From the NCBI GenBank assembly GCA_963733195.1, contig CAVTCR010000026.1:32001-96000 (forward strand): a stretch of DNA of 64,000 bases. Direction: 5' to 3'. Both the position numbers and the translations under genes were made by a program. The notes beneath the pieces are model-generated. The model had not been told where the DNA came from. It saw only the letters and a list, made by a program, of their open reading frames with translations, and made no database searches. This DNA comes from an uncultured delta proteobacterium (GTDB lineage: Bacteria > Desulfobacterota > Binatia > Bin18). Numbering within the stretch: the stretch's first letter is position 1; every line of letters begins with the position of its first letter. Positions 33,931-43,261 of this stretch are shown here, piece by piece.

Positions 33931-34666
33931 GATGAGCGCTTGTGAGCGCAGCTCCTGTTTCCAATATGCGTATACTTGTGCGTGTATCGGATTTTCCAAT
34001 CCACCTACGGATATGAGCGTATCAGAAAACAGGACCACGTCAATAAGGAAGCCAGGCTCGTGCACTCGGGGTGTCTCAATCCGGGCCTGGCCGAAGGACG
34101 TGTTAATCCCGAGCTCGGGATACATACGTGTCTCGGTGTACCTCAATTATGAATATAACTATTAGTGAATATCAACGTGAGAAAATACGAAAGTGATCAG
34201 CAGCTACCTATTTACGAAGCTTCACCTACAAGGCGTTTATCGGACATTTTGTGAGAGGAACGAGTTTGAGAGGTCAGTCTGAGCCTCGTTATACGGTTCC
34301 GGTGCAAATGTAGAGTCGAGCTGATAGTTATGCAGTATAAGCTTATTTCACGAGGATTCTGCTGAGCTATTCAAAGGTCGTCACTTTAATTCCGAGATCA
34401 TCACTCTCTAGATTCTGCCACGCTTACGAGCACCCACGTCTCGCGCTCTACTTTTCTGGAAACTGCCCACGCAAAGAGGAAAAATCCCGTATTCCCTGGG
34501 CGATTCCTTTACCACTAAAATAACTTGTTCGCCTCAGCATACGGGATCGTATCTTCTGTGATCGCTTTGTAAGTGCCAGTTTCCATATGAGCGTGTGATG
34601 ACTACCTGAGGACGGAACACACCACAGGCTGGCGGTTGGCTGGCACGCCAGGAAAGGACACGAAAC

Positions 34667-34894
34667 ATGGGAACGAGGCAAGACCGTGAAGGGGACGGAG
34701 AAAACGCGGCCGCGCAACGCCGGATTGAGGAGCTGCGCGGTGAGCTCGAACGAAAACACAATGAACTGGACGGGCTGCTGCTGCGCAGTGAAACGCTGCA
34801 CCCGAGTGCCTACGGGGCGCTGCAGGGGCAGTTGGAAGAGGAGATTGAGAAGCTGCAGGCGGAACTCAAGAGCTTGACCGCAGTGGCCGGATAA
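34667..34894 (+). CDS. Small coiled-coil hypothetical protein
   Basis: RBS aggaaagga before ATG; heptad-rich, helical 75 aa. Confidence 0.5.
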   Translation: MGTRQDREGDGENAAAQRRIEELRGELERKHNELDGLLLRSETLHPSAYGALQGQLEEEIEKLQAELKSLTAVAG

Positions 34895-35705
34895 ACAGGG
34901 ACCAGCCGCCGGTGACACTGTGCGGGTGGTATCGGAAGGTGGCGGTCAGCGAGGAAGGGGAGCTGGAGACCACCATCCTGTGAAAAGTCGGTCAGTGACA
35001 AATGTGTATGGGAAGCTATTGGCACACTGCTCGGTAAAGGGTTGACCGTATGTCTGCGCTCACAAAGCAAGACTGGAATCCTCCGCTGGGACGAGAGCAC
35101 TGAGTGTCCAGGTCGTCACTCCCCAACTCTCGTCAAGTTTAGTCGCGGCCATAAGCCACACCTGATCGTTCACAGCGGGGAATTCGTGCAGTATCCTCAA
35201 CCATGCGGAACAGAGGCGACTCTTGCGGAACGGTCGTCCCACGGAGCACAGCGACCGGCGTCACGCGGACGAGCGCATGGAAAAAGGGCGGCTCCCCCAG
35301 GCTCATGCCCACTGGGAGGACGTCCGTCAGGCGGCCGGTAAAGACCAACGGCGATTGCGTGAATACATTGGTGCTCGTCATCTCCATCGTCGTCATACGT
35401 TGCTCCGGTAGTGAGGGGGGCGCGAACATACTGCAATCACCGGGTTTGCTCTCCGAGCCAGGTTCCCCACCGGACGCAAGTAGAGCACGGAGGCAGGAGG
35501 AGATGGCCCGCGCTGAGTCCACAGCGTCTACGAGCACAACGCTGGTCTGACCATGAAGGGTCATATGATGGAATAGAGCCGAGATACGAGAGACAGTTGA
35601 ACCCTCAGCTCGGGGTTAACAGAGATTCAGCGATGGCCTCAGACCCCTAGACTCTTAGACTCTTCTTCCCATTTCCCCATTTATCCTTTCCCCTCTGCTA
35701 CACCC

Positions 35706-35735
35706 TTGACAGCAGACGGTCTCTAATCGCATAAA
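35706..35735 (+). promoter_or_regulatory. Putative sigma70 promoter of the CuMMO operon
   Basis: TTGACA-N18-CATAAA about 90 bp upstream of the first gene. Confidence 0.45.
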
Positions 35736-35824
35736 GGGCATGCAATTATAGTTGGTTAGGCGAGTTTTTACTGTGGAGTCCGAGTCATTTGGATGTGCAT
35801 GGCAAGCTTTAGATTATTCTATTC

Positions 35825-36400
35825 ATGATGACAATGATCGTTGGTTTGATAATGGGTTCGACAGCTTGGGCACATCGCGATCGAGGACCTGATGATCCAT
35901 GTCGAAAGCAGATAGGAGATTCGCTATTGCACATCACACTCTACCAACCGCACTTTGATCCTGATGCTGAGTATTGCGAAGAGGTTCCGCGTGCAGGGAG
36001 GACAGTGGTGGTAGTAGATGTGACTGCTGGTGAATTGCGGCAAGTTCCAATCAGTGTGGAAATGGTAGCTCAGTAGTGAATCTGGGCAGTCGCGTTCGGT
36101 GTCTGTCGCTTCCGGCAAAGATATTGGATCGAGGGATGGTAGATTCTGAAGTGGTTTTGGACGAGGGCAACAATTACGTTGCTGAGGTTGTGGTTGACCT
36201 GGGGGCCGGAAAGGAACCGCAGAAATTTTCCTTTCCTATTCAAGTGGATCCATGGTATACCGCAATGGTGAAACCGGCATTGATGGTTCGTTGGGTTGCT
36301 CCTAGTAACGGTAATTTCGGTGATTCGTTATCAGATGAGTTCTCGACAGCAGGAAGAGATGTCAGTAGGCAAAAGAAGGGTACGCCGAGTAGCAAATTAA
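35825..36400 (+). CDS. PmoD/AmoD-like copper-binding accessory protein (two apparent frameshifts)
   Basis: Signal peptide ending AWA-H; DPC...IG..LLHITLYQP.....EYCEEVP..G.TVVVVD....LR..P, the PmoD/AmoD pattern. C-terminal TM helix VGLLLVTVISVI; stop at 36400 directly before the next RBS. Confidence 0.72.
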
Positions 36401-36412
36401 GGAGGGTTCTAT

Positions 36413-37270
36413 ATGGCACAGTCACAAGTGGTGCGGCAGACGCCACGAGAAAATGGCCACAGTACAACCACGACTGGGTATTCCGCCAAACCGACAGGCT
36501 GGATGGTTGGGTGGAAGTCGTTGTTTGTCAGCTGCGCGATCATTATGGCAGCGAACGTGTTCCTCTGGTTCTGGAATTACGCCTATATGTTCACGGCCGG
36601 GTTGAACTCGGCGAGTCCAGAGTTCACCTATTATTACCGGTCGCTCTTTTGGGGCGAGGTCATCACGTTAGGCTTGTTTACCGGTATATGGTTTGGCTGG
36701 TTGATTAGAACAGGCCGTGAGATGGTCGGGCAACCGTGCGAGCGTGCGGAAGAGGTGCGACGAATCGCGGTTCTCTGGAGCTTGATTGGCGCTACGAGCC
36801 TCTGCGTGTATCTGATGGCTAGCTTCTGGCCGAACTGGGACGGATCATGGCATCAGACAATGGTGCGCGATACTGCGCTTACCCCGACGCACATCCCGAT
36901 GTTCTACTTCTTCTTCCCGTTGTCGGTAACTTTGGCTTTAGGCTCATACATCTACGGACGTTTTCGTATTCCCGCGTTATATGCCAAAGAGAAGGGATTT
37001 CCGTGGTCGTTCTTCCTGTTGATTAGTGCTGCGGTGCTGGAATGCATGACGGTTGCTGCCAATGAGTGGGGGCACAGCCTGTGGATTTCTGAAGAGATTT
37101 TCTCGGTCCCCTTCCACTGGCCGTTCGTTGTGTACGGCTGGCTAGCTAGCGGTATGTTTGCGGTGTGGGGCGAGACGATCATCCGCTTGTTCGAGATTGA
37201 AAAGGCTGAAGAAGCCGCGACCTCAGGGACGTCAGGCGCGTCGTTGCGTCAGCAGGCGGTCACAGACTAA
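36413..37270 (+). CDS. pmoC: Copper membrane monooxygenase subunit C (PmoC/AmoC family)
   Basis: AGLNSASPEF..YY, DGSWHQTMVRDTALTPTH (CuC D/H/H) and NEWGH..W..EE.F..PFHW (CuD N/H/H). Confidence 0.93.
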   Translation: MAQSQVVRQTPRENGHSTTTTGYSAKPTGWMVGWKSLFVSCAIIMAANVFLWFWNYAYMFTAGLNSASPEFTYYYRSLFWGEVITLGLFTGIWFGWLIRTGREMVGQPCERAEEVRRIAVLWSLIGATSLCVYLMASFWPNWDGSWHQTMVRDTALTPTHIPMFYFFFPLSVTLALGSYIYGRFRIPALYAKEKGFPWSFFLLISAAVLECMTVAANEWGHSLWISEEIFSVPFHWPFVVYGWLASGMFAVWGETIIRLFEIEKAEEAATSGTSGASLRQQAVTD

Positions 37271-37380
37271 GGATAATGAAGAATGTGGAATGGAGAATGA
37301 AAAATTCAGAGCGAAACGTTCTGAACTCTTCGTTCGTTTTGTATTTTTCACATTCTTAATTCTTCATTCTTAATTTTTAA
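37271..37380. repeat. Inverted arrays of degenerate heptamer repeats between subunits C and A
   Basis: aatgaag/aatgtgg/aatggag/aatgaaa followed by cattctt/aattctt/cattctt/aattttt. Confidence 0.65.
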
Positions 37381-37401
37381 TTAGACAGAGAGGATCGCCT
37401 C

Positions 37402-38206
37402 ATGGCAGCAGGGACAACAACAGTAACTGACATTGCCGATGCCGCCGAACGGCAAAAACGGCTGGAACTCAAAGCACTCCTGAACAAGGAGTACAAGTGG
37501 ATTGATCGCAGCTGGGATATCGTCTTCTGGGTAACGGCGATTTTCGTGGTCGCCGGTGCAGCGGATATCACGAAGCAGTTGTTCGCCGGTGACTGGGACT
37601 TCTGGACAGATTGGAAAGATCCCCAGTGGTGGCCGGTGGTTACCGCTTTTGCCACCATCATCATTCCCTCTGCTCTGCAATATATCCAATGGGCAGCGTG
37701 GCGCTTCCCGACAGGTGCGACATATACATCCTGTTGTTTCTTTCTTGCAGCCTGGGTTGGACGCTACTTTAATTGGCACATTGCAGAAGCCTATCCGATG
37801 AACTTCGTGTGGCCTATTTCCACGATATGCGCAGGGATCATTCTCGACTTCACGTTGATGAAGACAAAAAGTTTCCTCATCACGTCTTTTGTCGGTGCGC
37901 ATCTCTGGGCAGTGCTTAGTGTGGGCGTACAATTATGTTCCGCTAGCTCCCTTTCTACAGCCTGCGATGTTCATGGACCATGTTTTGACGCTCGCTGACG
38001 TCCAAGGCATCGTCTACATTCGATCGCAGACGCCAGAGTATCTGCGACTCATTGAGCGTGGCGCATTGCGAAGTTTTCTGGGTGAGACTCAGTACGTTTC
38101 GTTAGCCTTTGCTGGGACTGCGGCTTTCGCTGGATACTGGATTGGCCAGTTCATTGGTCGGTATCTCGCTGTGTGGCCGATCCGACGATACCTGAAGACT
38201 CTCTAA
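37402..38206 (+). CDS. pmoA: Copper membrane monooxygenase subunit A (PmoA/AmoA family), one frameshift near 37920
   Basis: GDWDFWTDWKD.QWW, RFPTGAT, RYFNW, YPMNFVWP, LADVQG..YIRSQTPEYLRLIERGALRSF. Confidence 0.92.
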
Positions 38207-38221
38207 GAACATAAAGTACGC

Positions 38222-38615
38222 ATGGGGAAACGGATGAAAACCCGACTGGCCGTACCATCTCGACACACCTGGCTGATACATGTGACCATGTTGGCCTGCA
38301 TGTTCGTGCTGCCTGCACTAGCACACGCACACGGTGGGATGGGACCTGATGAAATTGGCCCACCTATTGGCACCGCAGGGTTGATCGGTTTTGCCAGCTA
38401 TTGGGTGGTGATGCTGTGGCCTTCAAGAAAGAAGAAAGATGAGCTCACAGACTGGACCCAACAGTCAACACCCTGACGCTGCAGCGAATGACCTGGACGC
38501 CCACGCAAGAGAAAGAACCCTCGTGTGAAGCGGATTCCGCATCTGCGTAAGGTCGAGGCGGGCGCGACAGATTTCTAGCGACCAGCCCGCGAGGAGGAAA
38601 GCGAGCGATGGATAG
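38222..38615 (+). CDS. Small membrane protein between subunits A and B (signal peptide, His-Gly-Gly N-terminus, one TM helix, basic tail)
   Basis: LPALAHA-HGGMGPDEIGPP...IGFASYWVVMLWP-SRKKK. The ORF stops at 38476, but basic coding-like sequence (RPRKRKNPRVKRIPHLRKVE...RRKASDG*) continues in shifted frames to overlap the B start. Confidence 0.6.
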
Positions 38616-39856
38616 GAAGCTTTTGACAATCCTCATGACACTGGCTCTTGTGGTAACAGTCAGTGTCTCGAAAGTATTCGCTCATGGGGAAGCTGGTGAC
38701 GAACCGTTCCTTAAGAACATGACCACTGCGTTTTATGACGTATCGGTCTCACCTACGGAAATCGAGGTCGGTCAACCAGTAACAGTAACGGGAACAGTCA
38801 AAATTCTCGAGACTTGGCCGCACACACTTGAGGCACCCGAGCTTGCTGCGATCGTTCCCGTAGTTCCGGGGCCTGTATTCGTCATGAAAGACCGGACTAT
38901 CAATGACCAAGCCTCGGTAGGTTCGTTTTTTGCCGAGAAGGGTGGGATTTATCAGTTTAAGATGACACTCCTCGGCAAAGAGCCTGGAAAATGGCATGTC
39001 CATCCAGGGATCGCGATCAGTGGAACCGGAACGCTGGTTGGGCCTGGTGAATGGGTCAACGTGAAAGCCAGCGCGACGAAATTTGAGTTTCCTGTGACAG
39101 TTGCTCAATGGGCAGACAGTTGAACTCAACACCTACGGTGGCCAGTTCGTGTGGTGGTGGTCGTTCGCCGGATTTCTCCTTGGGATGGCGTGGATGGTGT
39201 ACTGGACATTCACGAAACGAACAGTGACAAACCTTGCGGTGACGATGCAACTTCCGGTGAACGATGACGGACCTGACATTGGTCTCATCACGCCACGTGA
39301 CCACATGTGGATGAATGTCATCGCTGGCCTGACCATAGCGCTCCTGATCGTTGGCTGGACCTACTCAGCAACCCAATATCCAGTGCGATGGCCGCAGCAG
39401 ACCGACTGGATTACCCCGCGTCACATTTCCTCGGGAGACAAGATGGCCGAGGTACATGCAGGCGGAGCCACCTACGATGACGGAACCGATACGTTAGTGA
39501 TGAAGCTCCAAGTCAAGAACACTACAGCCAGCGCGCTTACTCTTAACCGTGTTGTTATCGGGATGGCGACATTCGTGCCGGGCGGGGAAGCGGAACAGGC
39601 GAAAGCTGGACCGCGCGATTTCGTCGGACCGCTCGAAGTGGAACCAAAAGGTGAGATTGCTCCGGGTGAGACGAAAGATCTGACATTGACGATCGCGAGC
39701 AAGATTTTCAGTACGGCACGATTGATCCCGCTGAATGATCCGCAGCAGTTTGTTGCGGCGCTCTTACGCTTTGAGAACGCCCAAGGCGGTCAGCAGTTAG
39801 TGACAGTGCGTTCGGGCGTCGTGCCGACCCAGTTCCGTGGACAGTTCTTGCCATAA
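38608..39856 (+). CDS. pmoB: Copper membrane monooxygenase subunit B (PmoB/AmoB family), one frameshift near 39100
   Basis: Signal peptide then HGE (N-terminal His), PGPVF, WHVHP...GPGEWV (CuB His brace), two TM helices and second cupredoxin domain (IAPGETK, RL). Confidence 0.92.
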
Positions 39857-39864
39857 TCTTGCGA

Positions 39865-39887
39865 AGGTGGGGAGAAAATCCCCACCT
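39865..39887. terminator. Hairpin between subunit B and the convergent VOC gene
   Basis: aggtgggga-gaaaa-tccccacct perfect 9-bp stem. Confidence 0.5.
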
Positions 39888-39966
39888 CGTCAAGCTGCCA
39901 AGAGTAAACAGCGCTTCATTTTTCCTTACTTTCTCTGCTTTCCCCTTAGCCTTTAGCCTATTTCCC

Positions 39967-40440
39967 TTAATATCCGGTTGTGACCTCAACCAAAATGTCA
40001 TCTGGGTCTCGCACGTAGACCGACCCTGCGGTTTCTGTGCCATGCAAAGAATACGGTACGTGCTTTTCCTTAAGTGTCGTCAGGATCGCAGAGAATTTTT
40101 CTGAAGTGGCCTTGAGCGCGACATGATGCATACTGCCGACGCCTCGGACCGTTCGTGCCGGCCCTTTCTCGGGGAAATCGAAAAACGCTAACTGGTTGCC
40201 ACCGCCCATATCGAGAAAGATATGGGTAGACGTGGGTTCGTCACGGTTCGCCATAATCTTGCTGAGGCGCATGCCGAGGACCTCAGTGTAGAAACGGATA
40301 GTCGTATCAAGGTCTGAACAAATCAGCGCGAGATGATCGACCCCGCCAGTGTTGACAGCTTGAGGCGTTCCCTCGTCGGTGGATAGATAGCGTTGTTTGA
40401 GTTCTTCACGACGGGCCTGGTACATACTCAGGTCTGACAT
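39967..40440 (-). CDS. VOC/glyoxalase family protein
   Basis: GVDHLAL...FYTEVLGM...MHHVAL...SVYVRDPDDILVE. Confidence 0.88.
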   Translation of the reverse strand: MSDLSMYQARREELKQRYLSTDEGTPQAVNTGGVDHLALICSDLDTTIRFYTEVLGMRLSKIMANRDEPTSTHIFLDMGGGNQLAFFDFPEKGPARTVRGVGSMHHVALKATSEKFSAILTTLKEKHVPYSLHGTETAGSVYVRDPDDILVEVTTGY

Positions 40441-40726
40441 AGCATTCTCCTACTGTTGCTTCACTCGCTACGGGTCTGATGCCCGAAGCTTGCTGCGAGG
40501 TTCTTCACTATTCCTCGCTCTTTTTTTGTTTGTCAACTGCAGATAGATACTGGCTGACCTCCGCGGTAGACTTTCATTCCGAGTTGCGGCTGCGGCCTCA
40601 GATCTGGAACGGCTCGATTGTGACCCTCTGTCCGCCCCAACCTTAAACGCTGCCTCATGAGGTTCTGCTGCAGCACCTGGCAATGCAAACTTGCCCTGTT
40701 GCGCAAGTCAGGATAAACCTCCCCCG

Positions 40727-42495
40727 ATGTTTATTCGTCGTGTTTTGACATTCATACTTTTTATGGTGATGTTGATGGCTGCTGTGCTGCTCGTGCCAGC
40801 TGCATGGCTTCCGCAATCGTGGCAATCTTATTACGCCGCATGGTTTGGTGAACCCTCGTACGAGGCTCCGCCCAGCAGCCAAAAAGTCGCCATTCCTCCA
40901 GCTGAACCATTTTGCCCGGACCTGCATCCTGAGTGGCGCAAAGCGCAGGAGATCGACGGTGTGACGATTGACGAGTCACTTGCTTGTTCTCCTGATAATC
41001 CGTGGGCCATTGCTGCGTTTGTCAAAGGGACGAACAACGTGTCGATGGACACGTTGATGAAATCTGGCTTAGCGACCGATGCGGTCGTGATGGGCGAAGA
41101 TAAAGATGGCGATGGTGATCCTGATGTCGTCACCATCAAGCTAGAAGTTGCGGAATTCAACGGACGCTCGCCCGATATGTCTGAAGTCATTCCTGCGTTT
41201 TTATCGCTCCGGGTATTCAACCGGGATTGTGGGTGTTTGCGCCAAAGATTGCCGGGATGGCAACAAAGAATGCAGAGACAGTAGAAGCGAACGAATTCCT
41301 ACGTGCGCCGTCGCCGGTGATCCGCGTTGAACAAGGTGACACCGTGCAAGTGATTCTTGAAAATACGCACTATTTTCCGCATACGATACATTTTCATGGG
41401 GTCGATCATCCTTATTCACATCATGAAGGCCATGGCAACGACGGAGTACCAGAAGCAAATGAACTGCCTGTGATGCCTGGCGAGAGCCGTGCGTATGAAT
41501 TTTCGCAAATGGCTCAGTCAGCGATGCATACTGGACATGGGGAAGTCGATCCCGGCAGACGTCGCACGTTCGAGATGGCACCACGGCATCCAGGGACGAT
41601 GTTCTATCATTGTCACGTGCAACCGCAGCATCATATTCACATGGGGTTACAGGGGATGTTTGTGGTCGAGGAGAATCGCCCGAACAATTGGGTGCAGACG
41701 TTAAATATTGGTGCCGGTCACGTCCGTCATCCTTCCGTGGCGGTGCGCGAGAAATATGTGCGTGAGTATGATCTCCATTTTCAGGATATCGATAGTCAAC
41801 TGAATGATCTGATCAAAAGTACGAACGACCCGCGGGTGTTAGAGAAGCGGATGAATCGGCAGTATAACATCACAAAGCGTAGCGCCAATTACTTTCTGCT
41901 CAATGGGAAATCTTTTCCATATACATTTCGTGATTCGTTGGTAGTCGTCGAACCGAACGAGAAAGTAAAATTGCGCGTGCTCGCTGGTGGTGAGGAAGGG
42001 CTATCGCTTCACCCCCATGGCCATAAAGTAAAAATCACGCACTATGATGGCGTGGAGCACAATCCTGTAGCGCAAATTACGCGCGACGTTGTGTGGCTCA
42101 GCATGGCCCAGCGGGTGGACTTAGAACTCAACACCACGAATGACGGTTTACATGGCACTGGCGATGGTGTGTGGTTTCTTCACGACCACAAAGAGCGTGC
42201 GTTTACAACTGACGGAATGCATCCTGGTGGCAGTGCTACTGCGATCGTGTATCGATCCTATCTTGATGAACGTGGCTGGCCAAAACTGCAAGGCGTCGAT
42301 TGGTCATTGTTCTTTACTCCACAGTATTATCGGCGTGAGATTCCAGTGTGGACAACCTATGATCCGACCGGCATGTTTGGCGAACCCGGCCCTGCGACCT
42401 CGCGTCTCGGACGGTTTATCTTGCTTGGTTTTGTTGTCGGCGCGCTCCTGGGATGTTTGACTGTCTTGCTACTATCATTGCGAAAACGTGCGTAA
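40727..42495 (+). CDS. Membrane-anchored two-domain multicopper oxidase (frameshift near 41200)
   Basis: HTIHFHG, FYHCHVQPQHHIHMG (type 1 Cu in domain 1), LHPHGH and WFLHDH; N- and C-terminal hydrophobic segments. Confidence 0.87.
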
Positions 42496-43213
42496 GGCGG
42501 ACGTGATGTGGTTCATAGTGCTGCTGTTCTTTGCTCTTTTTGTTCCATCGCGAACTATAGAGGCGCAACCTGCGACGGAGAACCTCACTCCGGCAGACTC
42601 AGGCCATGCTCACCACCAACACCAGGCTGCCTCTCATGAACACCACGGCATGCAGATGGACATGGGTGGCATGGTGATGAATGAGAATCATGACCAACTG
42701 CCGCGGGACTGTGGCAGGATTGCTGGAGAACAAAAAATTACAGTCCATGCTGGCAGGAAGTACGCGCAGCAGTTCAACGGCACGATGTTCGCGTACGATC
42801 AGCACGAATGGGATGTTGCTCCGTGCACGAAAGTGACTGTGACGTTGGAGAATGAAGATACTGTGCGTCATCAATGGATGCTGCACGGATTGCCACGCTA
42901 TCTTCATGCCGAGGGCATGTTTCATCTCGAAGTCAACGGACGAGGGAGTAAGAGTGGAACGTTTATCACACCGGGTGCGAAGAAAACCTACCTTGTTCAC
43001 TGTGATGTTGCCCAACACATGGAAAAAGGCATGAAGGCCCAGCTGAAAGTTGGCGGAGGCGATGGTAATCTGCCAAGTATTCCTGGTATTACCGGGGCTC
43101 GTTACCCAGAAACATATTCGGGTGCACGAGTTGGATGGGGTACGTGGATAATTCTTCTTCTGTGTCTGTTTAGTGCTGCTTTGACTGTACGTGGGTTGAG
43201 ACGGTGGGAATAA
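42488..43213 (+). CDS. Cupredoxin-like copper protein with His/Met-rich N-terminus and C-terminal anchor
   Basis: HAHHQHQAASHEHHGMQMDMGGM; HQWMLHG; HCDVAQHMEKGM type 1 Cu motif; overlaps the oxidase stop. Confidence 0.8.
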   Translation: MRKADVMWFIVLLFFALFVPSRTIEAQPATENLTPADSGHAHHQHQAASHEHHGMQMDMGGMVMNENHDQLPRDCGRIAGEQKITVHAGRKYAQQFNGTMFAYDQHEWDVAPCTKVTVTLENEDTVRHQWMLHGLPRYLHAEGMFHLEVNGRGSKSGTFITPGAKKTYLVHCDVAQHMEKGMKAQLKVGGGDGNLPSIPGITGARYPETYSGARVGWGTWIILLLCLFSAALTVRGLRRWE

Positions 43214-43215
43214 AG

Positions 43216-43245
43216 CGTAGGGGCGACCGGCCGGTCGCCCCTACG
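43216..43245. repeat. GTAG-type REP palindrome
   Basis: cgtaggggcgaccggccggtcgcccctacg, a perfect palindrome directly upstream of the RAYT. Confidence 0.85.
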
Positions 43246-43261
43246 AAGGAGATGAGGGTGA

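Noticed and set aside
34900-35650. Overlapping ORFs on both strands upstream of the CuMMO promoter
   Set aside because: No family motif and conflicting frames, so no call can be supported.
36076-36708. 210-aa ORF overlapping subunit C
   Set aside because: Chimera of the middle of the PmoD-like gene and out-of-frame read-through caused by an indel.
35825-39856. Calling the operon a bona fide methane or ammonia monooxygenase
   Set aside because: Family membership is clear but substrate is not. Motifs diverge from both pMMO and AMO, and no methanol dehydrogenase or hao is in the window.
37402-39856. CuMMO A and B as pseudogenes
   Set aside because: Housekeeping genes show the same kind of indels and the CuB, CuC and CuD ligands are intact, so sequencing error is more parsimonious.
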